Source: Flavobacteriales bacterium
GTDB lineage: Bacteria; Bacteroidota; Bacteroidia; Flavobacteriales_F; PHOS-HE28
Direction of reading: 5' to 3'
Assembly: GCA_044226515.1 (NCBI GenBank)
Contig: JBGAGX010000003.1
Location: forward strand, 65,561 to 129,560
DNA: 64,000 nucleotides
Made by a program: the position numbers and the translations under genes. Shown one piece after another: positions 19,194 through 28,544 of the stretch. Every line of letters starts with the position of its first letter. The stretch's first letter is position 1. Below the pieces are notes generated by a model, which was not told the DNA's origin, searched no databases, and was given only the letters and a program-made list of their open reading frames with translations.

Positions 19194-20210
19194 ATGAACT
19201 TCCGTGCCTGCCTCGCGGCCCTGACCACCGCACCGCTCCTTGCCTTCGGCCAGCCCCCGCCTGGTTATTACGACGGTGCCATGGGCCTTTCAGGCCAACC
19301 GCTCAGGCTCGCGCTGTACAACATCATCAAGGACCATACGGTGCAGCAGTACAGCCAGTTGTGGGGCTTCTTCCCAACCACCGACGACCGGCCTGATGGG
19401 TATGTATGGGACATCTACAGCGATGCGCCCGGCGGATCCGCGCCCTACCTCTACACCTTCATCACCGACCAGTGCGGTTCCTACAACAGCGAGGGCGATT
19501 GCTACAACCGCGAGCACAGCTTCCCGCAGAACTGGTTCAACAGCGCGGCCCCGATGAACTCGGACCTCTTCCACATCTACCCCACGGACGGGTTCGTGAA
19601 CAATCACCGGGGCGACCTGCCTTACGGACGTGTGGGCAGCGCGGACTGGACCTCGCAGAACGGCACCAAGGTGGGCTCCAGCAATTGGCCGGGCTACACC
19701 AACACCGTGTGCGAGCCCATCGATGCCTACAAGGGCGATGTGGCACGGAGCTATTTCTACATGATGACGCGCTACATGCCGCTGGTGGGCGGATGGACGA
19801 GCGACATGCTCGCCGCGGGCGACCTGAACATCTGGGCCACGACCTTGCTGATGCAATGGCATGACCAGGACCCGGTGAGCCCGAAGGAGGTGGACCGCAA
19901 CAATGCCATCTATGGGATCCAGGCCAATCGCAACCCCTTCATCGACCATCCGGAATGGGTGGCGTACATCTGGGGCCCTACGGCGGGCGTGGTGGACCTT
20001 GATGCACCTGTGATGCGGATCTGGTGCGCGGGCCACGAGCTGCATCTGGACGGTGTCAGGCCCGACGGGTCATCGGTGACGATCACGGACATGCTTGGCC
20101 GCACGACATGGGCGGGGAACTTCCGCTCCAACGTGATCGAGCTCCCGACCATGCCCGAGGGGACCTATGTGGTGCGCACCGGCCGGCAGGCGGTGAGGAT
20201 CGTGCGCTGA
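19194..20210 (+). CDS. Extracellular endonuclease I-family nuclease with a T9SS C-terminal sorting domain
   Basis: Signal peptide; conserved endonuclease-I blocks (EHSFPQNWF, DLFHIYPTDGFVN, NRNPFIDHPEW); last ~80 aa form a Por_Secre_tail-like beta-sandwich ending YVVRTGRQAVRIVR. Confidence 0.75.
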   Translation: MNFRACLAALTTAPLLAFGQPPPGYYDGAMGLSGQPLRLALYNIIKDHTVQQYSQLWGFFPTTDDRPDGYVWDIYSDAPGGSAPYLYTFITDQCGSYNSEGDCYNREHSFPQNWFNSAAPMNSDLFHIYPTDGFVNNHRGDLPYGRVGSADWTSQNGTKVGSSNWPGYTNTVCEPIDAYKGDVARSYFYMMTRYMPLVGGWTSDMLAAGDLNIWATTLLMQWHDQDPVSPKEVDRNNAIYGIQANRNPFIDHPEWVAYIWGPTAGVVDLDAPVMRIWCAGHELHLDGVRPDGSSVTITDMLGRTTWAGNFRSNVIELPTMPEGTYVVRTGRQAVRIVR

Positions 20211-20213
20211 GCC

Positions 20214-21305
20214 ATGGGCGCGGGTATGGTGCGCGCGCTCGTCCGTTCGTTCTCCGCATGTGCCGCAGCGCTGGTCATGGGCCACGCCCATGCCCAGTTC
20301 ATGGACAAGGTGAAGGGCCTGTTGATCGGGGATACGATGGCCCCGCCGAAATACGACTCCACCTATGTGCTCCGCTTCCCCAACTCCTTGGTGCTCAGCG
20401 GTGTCATTTTCAGTCAGACCTCGAGCGTGGATATCGCGGACAAGGCGGGGCGCAGCCTCACCTATTCCACCAACAATGCCGCCCAGTACGGCTTCGCGGT
20501 CGATCTGAACTGGCTCTCGGTGGAAGCCACCTTCGCGGCCCCGCAACTCGACCCGGTGGACCCATCCAAGGGAACGACCGAATCGCACACCATCGGTCTG
20601 GGCGCCACCACCCGCCACCTATGGGCCCGTGCCTTTTGGAACACCAGCAAGGGCTTCTATGCGGAGGACCCTTTGAAGGTCGACAGTACGTGGGTCCCTG
20701 GCGAGCCCTATCCCACCCGCACCGACCTGGAGAGCCGCACCTTCCTGGCCTCGGCGAACTACGGCTTCAACAAGCGGCATCGCTATTCGCAGGTGGCTGC
20801 CGTGAGCCAGATGGAACGACAACGGCGCAGTGCGGGCACGGGCGTGGTGGGTGCGAGCTTCTGGTATTCGCGCATCACGGCCGATGGCAGCGTGGTGCCC
20901 ACCATGGAGCAGTACGACTTCGCTCCGGACGTCCAGTTCGACCGGTTGCAGCGGTACATCCTGGCGGTGAAGGGCGGCTACACGCACACCTTCACCTTCT
21001 GGGGCAAGGGCTACATCAATGTGCTTCTGTTGCCGGGCTTCGGGGTGCAGCGGTTGGCGATCAGGCCCGTGGGGGTGAGCGAGCGGAGCACCGACTGGCA
21101 GGGCTGCACGGTATCAGAGGGGCGCTTCGGCTTCGGGTACAACGGCACCAGATGGTACACCGGGTTCACCCTGACCTCCTATGTGAATTCGGGTGATGTG
21201 AGCCCTTCGATCACCCTGGGCACCAGCTACACCACGGTGCGCTTCGCGGTCGGCATCCGCGTCAAGCCGCCGAAGAGCGGCCTCCTCCGCAGCGTAGGGC
21301 TCTGA
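20214..21305 (+). CDS. Hypothetical outer-membrane protein (beta-strand rich; DUF4421/PorP-SprF-like position after a T9SS cargo gene)
   Basis: Signal peptide; alternating aromatic/hydrophobic beta-strand pattern; 4-nt gap after the nuclease gene. Confidence 0.45.
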   Translation: MGAGMVRALVRSFSACAAALVMGHAHAQFMDKVKGLLIGDTMAPPKYDSTYVLRFPNSLVLSGVIFSQTSSVDIADKAGRSLTYSTNNAAQYGFAVDLNWLSVEATFAAPQLDPVDPSKGTTESHTIGLGATTRHLWARAFWNTSKGFYAEDPLKVDSTWVPGEPYPTRTDLESRTFLASANYGFNKRHRYSQVAAVSQMERQRRSAGTGVVGASFWYSRITADGSVVPTMEQYDFAPDVQFDRLQRYILAVKGGYTHTFTFWGKGYINVLLLPGFGVQRLAIRPVGVSERSTDWQGCTVSEGRFGFGYNGTRWYTGFTLTSYVNSGDVSPSITLGTSYTTVRFAVGIRVKPPKSGLLRSVGL

Positions 21306-21365
21306 CCAACGACAAGGACCCGGCACGCCGGAAGGTCTACCTTTCCGCCCTCATTCCGGAACCGT

Positions 21366-23594
21366 ATGAGGAACCTCTTTTTCCTGCTCCTGATCGCATC
21401 CGCCACGACATCCGTTCGTGGACAGGACCTATGGCCCATGGTCTTCGAGACCAACGGCTACACGGCCACCGTGTACACGCCGCAGCCGGAGTCGTACAAG
21501 GACGGCCGGTTCACTGCGCGGGCGGCCGTGTCGGTGAAGACCGCGAAGGACAAGAACCCCGTTTTCGGGGCCATTTGGGCGTCGGGCTTTCTGGAAGTGG
21601 ACCGTTCCACGCGCATGGGGGTGTTGAAGCAGTTCGCCGTGACCGATGTGCGCTTCCCCACGGTCACCGACACCGCCAAGGTGCGGCAGTTCAAGGAGTA
21701 CCTCACCGCCGAGATCCCCAAACGGACGGCGCCGGTCTCCATCGACATGATCGTGGCGGCCTTGGAGAATGATGTGCAACAGGACGGGGATTATGTGAAC
21801 AACCCACCGGAGATCATCTACCGCGACAAGCCGGCCCTGCTGCTCTTCATCGACGGGGAGCCGATCTACGACCCCGTCCCGAACACCGGCTACGAACGCG
21901 TGCTGAACAGTGCCTTGGTGTTGGTGAAGGCCAAGAACGGCTCCCACTACCTCTATGCCTCACCAAGCTGGTACACAGCCCCGGCCGCCAAAGGCCCCTA
22001 CCAACCAACGACCACGGTGCCCCAAGACCTGTTGCAGGTGAGCCAGAAGGTCGACAGTGCCATGAAGGCCAACGGCGAATACGAGGCCCCCAATGGCAAG
22101 GTGCCCGAGATCGTGGTGCGCACCACACCAGCCGAACTGATCCAGACCGACGGTGCCGCGGACATGAAGCCGATATCGGGCACGGACCTGCTGAGCGCCC
22201 GCAATGCCGGAAGCCCCGTGTTCCTGGACCTGTCCTCCCAGCAGTACTATGTGCTCCTGAGCGGCCGCTGGTTCACCAGCGCGGACCTGAAGAACGGACC
22301 ATGGCGCTACGTCAAGGGCGCCGACCTGCCGGCCGATTTCGCGAAGATCCCCGAGGGCAGCGAGGAGGACGAGGTGCTCGCCAGCGTGCCCGGCACCAAG
22401 GCGGCCACCGAGGCCACGCGCGATGCCATGATCCCCCAGACCGCGTCGGTCGACCGGAAGAACGTTACCCTGAAGGTGACCTACAAGGGGGAGCCGGAAT
22501 GGAAGAAGGTCGATGGCACCAACATGAGCTACGCCATCAACGCCAGCACCACGGTGTTGAAGGTGGGCGAGCGGTATCACGTCTGCGACAATGCGGTCTG
22601 GTACGACGGTCCATCACCCAACGGGCCTTGGGCGGTGAGCACCAGCGCCCCGGAGGCCGTAAAGGACATCGAGCCCAGCAGCCCGGTGTACAACGTGAAG
22701 TACGTGCAGGTGTACGACAGCACCCCGGATGTGGTCTACGTCGGCTACACGCCGGGCTACACGGGTTGCTATGTGTACGGCGGCACGGTGATCTACGGCA
22801 CCGGCTGGTACTATCCACCTCCCCCGCCGATCTACTACTACCCGCGTCCTTGCACCTACGGGTTCAGCGTGCATTACAACCCATGGACCGGTTGGAGCAT
22901 GGGCTTCCACTACAGCGCGGGTTGGTTCCATTTCAGCGTCTATGGCGGCTGGCGTGCACCCTATCACTGCGGTGGATGGTGGGGCCCTCCGGTGTACCAT
23001 CCCCCTTATCCACCGCATCATCCGCCTGGCGGGTACTACGGTCACCGTCCTGCCTACGGTGGCGGTGGGAATACCATCAACATCGACAACGACATCAACA
23101 TCGGGAACGGCAACGGGAACATCTATGGGCGCAACGATCGGCCGGGCGTGAAACCGTCGCAACCCATTGCCGGACGAGGGCAAGGCGGCACCACGCGTCC
23201 TTCGACACAACCCGCCGGCGGCGCCGGCAAGGGCAATGCCACCCGACCTTCGACGCAACCGGCCGGCGGAGGGCGCGATGTGTACGCCGACCCGAAAGGC
23301 AATGTGTACCGCGGCGATGGCAGGAACACCCAGCAGTACAACAACGGGAAGTGGGACAACGTGTCCCAGAACAAGGGTGGTGGCCAGGGCGCTGCGAAGC
23401 CTTCCGCCCAGCCTTCGCAACCGCAGGCACGACCTTCCACCGGTGACCCCTACCGCATGCAACAGGACCGGGCCCGTGGGCAGGACCGCAGCAACAATTT
23501 CAACCAGTACCAGCGCAGCGCGCCCTCCTCGCGTGGCAGCTATGGCGGTGGTGGTGGACGCAGTGGTGGTGGTGGCCGCGGCGGTCGGCGCTGA
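21366..23594 (+). CDS. Hypothetical secreted protein with a globular N-terminal ~470 aa and an extreme low-complexity C-terminal region (Tyr/Trp/Pro-rich, then Gly/Gln/Arg-rich with a terminal RGG-like tract)
   Basis: Signal peptide MRNLFFLLLIASATTSVRGQ; the C-terminal 270 aa contain YYPPPPPIYYYP, GWWGPPVYHPPYPPHHPPGGYYG, NIGNGNGNIYG and end GGGGRSGGGGRGGRR. Confidence 0.55.
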   Translation: MRNLFFLLLIASATTSVRGQDLWPMVFETNGYTATVYTPQPESYKDGRFTARAAVSVKTAKDKNPVFGAIWASGFLEVDRSTRMGVLKQFAVTDVRFPTVTDTAKVRQFKEYLTAEIPKRTAPVSIDMIVAALENDVQQDGDYVNNPPEIIYRDKPALLLFIDGEPIYDPVPNTGYERVLNSALVLVKAKNGSHYLYASPSWYTAPAAKGPYQPTTTVPQDLLQVSQKVDSAMKANGEYEAPNGKVPEIVVRTTPAELIQTDGAADMKPISGTDLLSARNAGSPVFLDLSSQQYYVLLSGRWFTSADLKNGPWRYVKGADLPADFAKIPEGSEEDEVLASVPGTKAATEATRDAMIPQTASVDRKNVTLKVTYKGEPEWKKVDGTNMSYAINASTTVLKVGERYHVCDNAVWYDGPSPNGPWAVSTSAPEAVKDIEPSSPVYNVKYVQVYDSTPDVVYVGYTPGYTGCYVYGGTVIYGTGWYYPPPPPIYYYPRPCTYGFSVHYNPWTGWSMGFHYSAGWFHFSVYGGWRAPYHCGGWWGPPVYHPPYPPHHPPGGYYGHRPAYGGGGNTINIDNDINIGNGNGNIYGRNDRPGVKPSQPIAGRGQGGTTRPSTQPAGGAGKGNATRPSTQPAGGGRDVYADPKGNVYRGDGRNTQQYNNGKWDNVSQNKGGGQGAAKPSAQPSQPQARPSTGDPYRMQQDRARGQDRSNNFNQYQRSAPSSRGSYGGGGGRSGGGGRGGRR

Positions 23595-23610
23595 GCATCG
23601 CACGCACGAA

Positions 23611-23638
23611 GAAGCCCTCGCACATGGAGGGCTTTTTC
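23611..23638 (+). terminator. Intrinsic terminator (AAGCCCTC-gcacatg-GAGGGCTT + TTTTT)
   Basis: Hairpin plus T-tract 17 nt after the stop at 23594. Confidence 0.5.
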
Positions 23639-23653
23639 GTGGGTTCGAATTTG

Positions 23654-24871
23654 TCAGAAGGGAGCCCGAACGATGCGTACGGTGGGCCCTGTGCCGGCGA
23701 TCAAGGAGTACATCCCGACCGGGAGCGCGGTGAGGTCGATGGAGGAAGTGCCGGCAGGGACACGCGTGGTCAGGACCATGCGGCCATCCGCGGTCAGAAC
23801 GCGCACCACGCACGCCTCCTGCACCTTCAGGTTCAGGATCCCGTCGGTCGGGTTCGGATAGGCCATCACGGGGCCGGCCTCGCGCTGTTCGGCGATGGTG
23901 GCGTAGAGCGTGCCGCAGCCGGGGTCCAGCCCGCACACGACCCTGGCACAGAAATCGGCCACCAGTCCGAAGCTCACCTCCGGGTCGTTGGTGAGGTACC
24001 CAACATGGTCGGTACCGGGGTAGCTGAGGAAACAGTTCGGCACCTCGATGTTATCGCAGCGGAGATGGATGTCATGGCTTCCACTGGCCTGCAGTCCGGT
24101 GGGAATGCCCAGCACGCTCACCATCTGGGTACCATAAGGCACCACCTGGTCACCCACTTCATGAACGCTGCAGAGCGGCTGGTCGCCGGCCGAGATCCAG
24201 ATCGTATCGCCGATGGCCCCGCTGAAACTGTAGCAGGCGAGCACATCGCTGCTGTAACCGGGGGTTCCGCTGATGCCCTCCACCCCTCCGATGGAGGCGG
24301 TGTCCGCATAAAGGATCGCCGGGATCTCCGAGGACTGGTCCAAATAGGTGGCGTGCAGCCCTCCGATGGCCCCGGCGCTCACCCCCCCCATGATGATGCG
24401 GTCCGGATCGATGCCGAACGGATCACCGTCCTCCGCCACGCTCTTGCGCAGGAACCGGACACAGGCCTTGAGGTCGTGCATGCTGCGGACCACTGCGCGC
24501 GTGGTGGTGGCCTCGGATGGAAGAAAGAAGCCCACCCGGTAGTCGGGGGCCACGGCCACATAGCCCAGGCGGGCGAAGCGTCTGCAAAGTTCGGCCACGT
24601 CCTGGCGCGCCCCGGTCACGAACGAGCCACCGAAGGCCACGATCACCACCGGCCTGTCCGTGAACGGATCGCCTGCGGGAGCGTACACGTCGAGGTAGAG
24701 GTCCTGCGGTGCACCGAGCACGCTCAGGTTGTTGCCGAAGAGGACCGCGCTCTGCACCACGACGCTGTCGAAGTACAGGGGATCGGTGTAGCGGCCGGTC
24801 CCACAATCCGATTGGGCATGAACGGAGGCAACGGAAGCGAGGGCGAGCGCAAGGGTCAGGTTCCTGGTCAT
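23654..24871 (-). CDS. Secreted alpha/beta-hydrolase (esterase/lipase-like) with a T9SS C-terminal sorting domain
   Basis: Signal peptide MTRNLTLALALASVASVHAQ; GGSAGA nucleophile-elbow motif (GGVSAGAIGG); C-terminal Por_Secre_tail-like ~80 aa. Confidence 0.65.
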   Translation of the reverse strand: MTRNLTLALALASVASVHAQSDCGTGRYTDPLYFDSVVVQSAVLFGNNLSVLGAPQDLYLDVYAPAGDPFTDRPVVIVAFGGSFVTGARQDVAELCRRFARLGYVAVAPDYRVGFFLPSEATTTRAVVRSMHDLKACVRFLRKSVAEDGDPFGIDPDRIIMGGVSAGAIGGLHATYLDQSSEIPAILYADTASIGGVEGISGTPGYSSDVLACYSFSGAIGDTIWISAGDQPLCSVHEVGDQVVPYGTQMVSVLGIPTGLQASGSHDIHLRCDNIEVPNCFLSYPGTDHVGYLTNDPEVSFGLVADFCARVVCGLDPGCGTLYATIAEQREAGPVMAYPNPTDGILNLKVQEACVVRVLTADGRMVLTTRVPAGTSSIDLTALPVGMYSLIAGTGPTVRIVRAPF

Positions 24872-25022
24872 GGGGATGCGTTGACCGACGCAAGCTAACC
24901 GGCCGCCGCATCGCCTCCTAGCGAAAGCCCTTTTCCACGGAAAGCGGATGACTTGTACCTCAGCGTGTTGAGCGAATGGCACGGGGATTGGAACTTCGCG
25001 CCCGGATCAACCGATCGAAACC

Positions 25023-25634
25023 ATGAAGAAGCTAATGATCACCTTGCTCGTGGGCGGCGCGTTCGCAACGGGCGCCAAGGCCCAGTTCCAGGTGAACCCC
25101 CAGGCCGGCCTGACCTTTCAGAACCTGACCAATGCCTCCCCTGGCGTGGAGTTCAGGGCTGCGGCCGGCTGGCAGATGGGTGCCGACCTGCGGTTCGGCG
25201 ACCGCCTCTACCTGCAACCCGGTGCGTTCTTCGGAAGCTATAAGACCTATGTGACGAGCTCCAGCGGCGACACCATCAGCACGGAGGACAACCTGATCCG
25301 TCAGAACCTGAGGCTGAAGGCCATGGTCGGCTACCGCATCATCGACTCCTACCAGTTCGACATGCGTTTCGCCATGGGTCCGACGTACGACGTGCTGCTC
25401 AACATCAAGGACAAGGAGGGGCATTTCGTCTCGAACGAAGGCTACTTCAACAAGGGCCTGCTGAACATCGATGCCGCGCTGGGCTTCGACATGGGCCTGG
25501 TGACGCTGGAACCGAGCGTGAGCTTCGGCATCAGCCGGGTCTTCGACCAGGACGAGATCGTAGTGAAGGATATCGATAGTCGCTACCTTACCTACGGATT
25601 GACGCTCGGCATCAACCTCGGTAACGACGACTGA
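25023..25634 (+). CDS. Outer-membrane beta-barrel protein (porin-family OMP_b-brl-like, 203 aa)
   Basis: Signal peptide MKKLMITLLVGGAFATGAKAQ; alternating beta-strand pattern. Confidence 0.55.
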   Translation: MKKLMITLLVGGAFATGAKAQFQVNPQAGLTFQNLTNASPGVEFRAAAGWQMGADLRFGDRLYLQPGAFFGSYKTYVTSSSGDTISTEDNLIRQNLRLKAMVGYRIIDSYQFDMRFAMGPTYDVLLNIKDKEGHFVSNEGYFNKGLLNIDAALGFDMGLVTLEPSVSFGISRVFDQDEIVVKDIDSRYLTYGLTLGINLGNDD

Positions 25635-25799
25635 GCTTGGGATCCGACCGTACCGGAGATACACGGATCCATCCCGAACGCCTCGCCCGAAAGGGCGGGG
25701 CGTTCACGTTCAGCGACCGGCTCGACCGCCCGACACCGGCCGGCGGCCGTTCCTCCCGAAGGTTCCCCCGCCGCCTCTCGAAGTCCGCAACTTTCGGTC

Positions 25800-26189
25800 A
25801 TGAAACACCATCTATCGGTCCTGAGCGTGCTTCACTATGTGTTCGGCGCGCTGCAATGCATGGGCGGCCTGGCCGTGCTGCTCCTGGTGGTCTTCGGCGG
25901 CTTCCTGAACAGTGATTGGCTTGTCCAACAGGCGGAGGAACCACCGCCGGCCTTCCTCGGTGGCCTGCTGCAATGGATCGGCTGGTCGCTCTTCGTGTTC
26001 ATCGAGGTTTGGGGTATCCTCAACATCATCAGCGCCGGGAGCATCGCCCGGGCGCGGAACCGGGGTCTCAGTCTTGTCACCGCGGCACTCAACTGCCTCA
26101 CCATCCCCTTCGGCCTGGGCCTGGCCATCTACACCTTCGTCGTTCTCGGAGACCGGGATGTGCGGGCCGCTTACGGCTTGCCGTCGTGA
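25800..26189 (+). CDS. Hypothetical small integral membrane protein (129 aa, 3-4 TM)
   Basis: Hydrophobic segments only; no domain recognised. Confidence 0.4.
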   Translation: MKHHLSVLSVLHYVFGALQCMGGLAVLLLVVFGGFLNSDWLVQQAEEPPPAFLGGLLQWIGWSLFVFIEVWGILNIISAGSIARARNRGLSLVTAALNCLTIPFGLGLAIYTFVVLGDRDVRAAYGLPS

Positions 26190-26221
26190 ACGGAGCAGGG
26201 CACTATATTCGCGGCCTGATC

Positions 26222-26295
26222 GGGGCGGTAGCTCAGCTGGCCAGAGCGCGTCGTTCGCAATGACGAGGTCGAGGGTTCGACTCCCTTTCGCTCCA
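26222..26295 (+). tRNA. tRNA-Ala (anticodon CGC)
   Basis: Cloverleaf folds by hand: acceptor GGGGCGG with the G3:U70 Ala identity pair, D-arm GCTC/GAGC, anticodon loop TTCGCAA, T-arm GAGGG-TTCGACT-CCCTT; CCA not encoded. Confidence 0.85.
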
Positions 26296-26303
26296 CGATG
26301 ATC

Positions 26304-26331
26304 GAGGCCCTCCACCGGAGGGCCTTTTTCA
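26304..26331 (+). terminator. Intrinsic terminator after tRNA-Ala, 2 nt from the convergent TPR gene stop
   Basis: GGCCCTCC-acc-GGAGGGCC followed by TTTTTC; an A/T tract on the other side allows bidirectional use. Confidence 0.6.
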
Positions 26332-26332
26332 T

Positions 26333-27385
26333 TCAGCGACCGCCCTTCTCCCGAAGCTTGATCCTCACCCCCTTGGCCGCAAGCCGGTCGAGCGCTTTCG
26401 CGGCATCCAGGAAGCCGGGTTGGATGACCAGGGCCATCTGGTAGTTCGCCGCGGCACTGTCCAACTGACCGGACCGTTCCATGGCCACCCCCCGGTTGTA
26501 CCAGGCTTGGAAATAGTTCGTGTTCAACGCGATGGCCTTGGAGAAATCCCGCTTGGCGCCCTCCAGGTCGCGGAGGTACTCCATGCGCACGAAGCCACTG
26601 TTGTACGGAGCCAGTGCGTTGGTACTGTCCACGGCCATGATCCGAGCGTAGGTCTCCAGCGCAGCACTGTCCTTGCCCGTCTCCTGCAGGAACATCGCCT
26701 TGCCGTATAATGCCTCCACGCTGTGGGGCCGAAGCGCGATCGCCGAGTTGAAGTAGTCCAGAGCGAGCGGATCGTTCCTTCTGGCGCTCAGCAAGCCGAG
26801 CTGCATGAAGCTCCGGTAGTCCTGGGGATCCTGCTCCACCGCTGTACGGAAGCTGCTGATGGCCAGGTTCGTGTCCCCCAGCTCCATGTACACGAACCCT
26901 TTGAGGTAGTAGGCCATGGCCTGGTTCGGATCCTTGCGAAGGGCCTTGTTCACCAGATCGATGGCCGCCATGTGGTCCCGAAGCACCAGCTTGATCTCTG
27001 CCAGCTTCAGCAGGGCCTCGATGTTCTCCGCATCGATGGTCAATGCGCGCTCGAACTGCACGGTGGCCTTGTCCACCTGCACGGTCGAATAGTACAGTCC
27101 GCCCAAGCTGTTCCGATAGCTCACGTTGGCACTATCGAGCACAACAGCGCGCTCCATGTCCTTGATGGCGGGCCTCAGACTGTCGATGCGCTGGTACAAG
27201 GCCGCCCGTTCCGCATAAAGGGACGCGTTACCCGGGTCCTTCACCATGCGTTGTTCCACCTCCCGTATGGCCTGCCCGAGATCGGACGGCGGGGTGACCG
27301 GACCGGTGGTGTTCGAGGCCTTCGGGTCCTCCCCACAGCCGGTCAGGAGCGATGCACCAAGAAGAATGAGCAACAGCGGTCGCAT
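26333..27385 (-). CDS. TPR-repeat lipoprotein
   Basis: Lipobox LLTGCGED; about 8 TPR units (AxxxYxxG periodicity). Confidence 0.7.
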   Translation of the reverse strand: MRPLLLILLGASLLTGCGEDPKASNTTGPVTPPSDLGQAIREVEQRMVKDPGNASLYAERAALYQRIDSLRPAIKDMERAVVLDSANVSYRNSLGGLYYSTVQVDKATVQFERALTIDAENIEALLKLAEIKLVLRDHMAAIDLVNKALRKDPNQAMAYYLKGFVYMELGDTNLAISSFRTAVEQDPQDYRSFMQLGLLSARRNDPLALDYFNSAIALRPHSVEALYGKAMFLQETGKDSAALETYARIMAVDSTNALAPYNSGFVRMEYLRDLEGAKRDFSKAIALNTNYFQAWYNRGVAMERSGQLDSAAANYQMALVIQPGFLDAAKALDRLAAKGVRIKLREKGGR

Positions 27386-27472
27386 GTGCGGAATGGACGG
27401 AAAAGCAGGAGCCCCAGTGCTCCAGACACCAGGGCTCCAAGGTAAACGGTAGTCGAAAGCTGCGTATTACCG

Positions 27473-28498
27473 TTACTCGGTCGGGACCGACTCCAGCTTG
27501 GAAGCCGACTCCTTGATCTTCGTTTCAAGTTCCTCGCAGAGCTCGATGTTGTCATCGAGAAGCTGGCGCACCATGTCACGGCCCTGGCCCAGCTTGTTGT
27601 CCTGATAGGAGAACCAGCTACCGCTCTTCTTGATGATGCCCAGTTCAACACCCATGTCGATGATCTCTCCGGTCTTGCTGATGCCCTTGCCGTAGAGGAT
27701 GTCGAACTCAGCCTTGCGGAAGGGCGGGGCCACCTTGTTCTTCACCACCTTCACCTTTACGCGGTTGCCCACGGCCGTCTCTCCTTCCTTCAGCTGGGTG
27801 GAGCGGCGGATATCGAGGCGGATGCTGGCATAGAACTTCAGGGCGTTGCCGCCCGTGGTGGTCTCGGGGTTCCCGAACATCACCCCGATCTTCTCGCGCA
27901 GTTGGTTGATGAAGATGCAGCAGCAGCCGGTCTTGCCGATCGTACCGGTCAGCTTGCGCAAGGCCTTGCTCATTAGGCGGGCCTGCATGCCCACCGCGCT
28001 GTCCCCCATCTCACCCTCGATCTCCGCGCGTGGCGTGAGCGCGGCAACGCTGTCCACCACCAACAGGTCGATGGCACCGGAACGGATGAGGTTATCGGCG
28101 ATCTCAAGGGCCTGCTCGCCGTTGTCGGGCTGGCTGATCAATAGGTTCTCGGTGTCCACGCCCAGCGCTTCGGCATAGAACCGGTCGAAGGCATGCTCCG
28201 CATCGATGATCGCGGCGATGCCACCCTTCTTCTGCACCTCGGCGATCGCATGGATGGCCAAGGTGGTCTTACCCGAGGATTCGGGTCCGAAGATCTCGAT
28301 GATGCGCCCTTTGGGATAGCCACCAACGCCAAGTGCGGTATCCAGGCCGATCGATCCCGTGGGGATCACCTCCACCTGCTCCACCGCCTCATCCCCCAGC
28401 TTCATGATCGCCCCCTTGCCGAAGGTCTTCTCCAGCTTGTCCATCGTCAGCTGAAGGGCCTTCAGCTTCTCCTTGTTCACCTCGTTGGCCATGGTCAT
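27473..28498 (-). CDS. recA: Recombinase RecA
   Basis: Full-length canonical RecA (Walker [10 protein letters not shown]; L1/L2 loops). Confidence 0.95.
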   Translation of the reverse strand: MTMANEVNKEKLKALQLTMDKLEKTFGKGAIMKLGDEAVEQVEVIPTGSIGLDTALGVGGYPKGRIIEIFGPESSGKTTLAIHAIAEVQKKGGIAAIIDAEHAFDRFYAEALGVDTENLLISQPDNGEQALEIADNLIRSGAIDLLVVDSVAALTPRAEIEGEMGDSAVGMQARLMSKALRKLTGTIGKTGCCCIFINQLREKIGVMFGNPETTTGGNALKFYASIRLDIRRSTQLKEGETAVGNRVKVKVVKNKVAPPFRKAEFDILYGKGISKTGEIIDMGVELGIIKKSGSWFSYQDNKLGQGRDMVRQLLDDNIELCEELETKIKESASKLESVPTE

Positions 28499-28514
28499 TG
28501 CGTGTTAGCGTGAT

Positions 28515-28544
28515 TACTGTCGGTCCCCGTACCGTCTGACAGTA
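28515..28544. promoter_or_regulatory. Palindrome TACTGTC-N16-GACAGTA in the recA leader/promoter (candidate operator or 5'-UTR stem-loop)
   Basis: Perfect 7-bp inverted repeat 17 nt upstream of the recA ATG. Half-sites equal the E. coli SOS-box half-sites (TACTGT / ACAGTA) but the spacer is 16-18 nt rather than 8. Confidence 0.3.

Noticed and set aside
26222-26295. tRNA-Ala and tRNA-Thr (56956..57027) as possible genomic-island integration sites
   Set aside because: No integrase, direct-repeat copy of the tRNA 3' end, or compositional shift near either tRNA; the neighbours are core or secreted-protein genes
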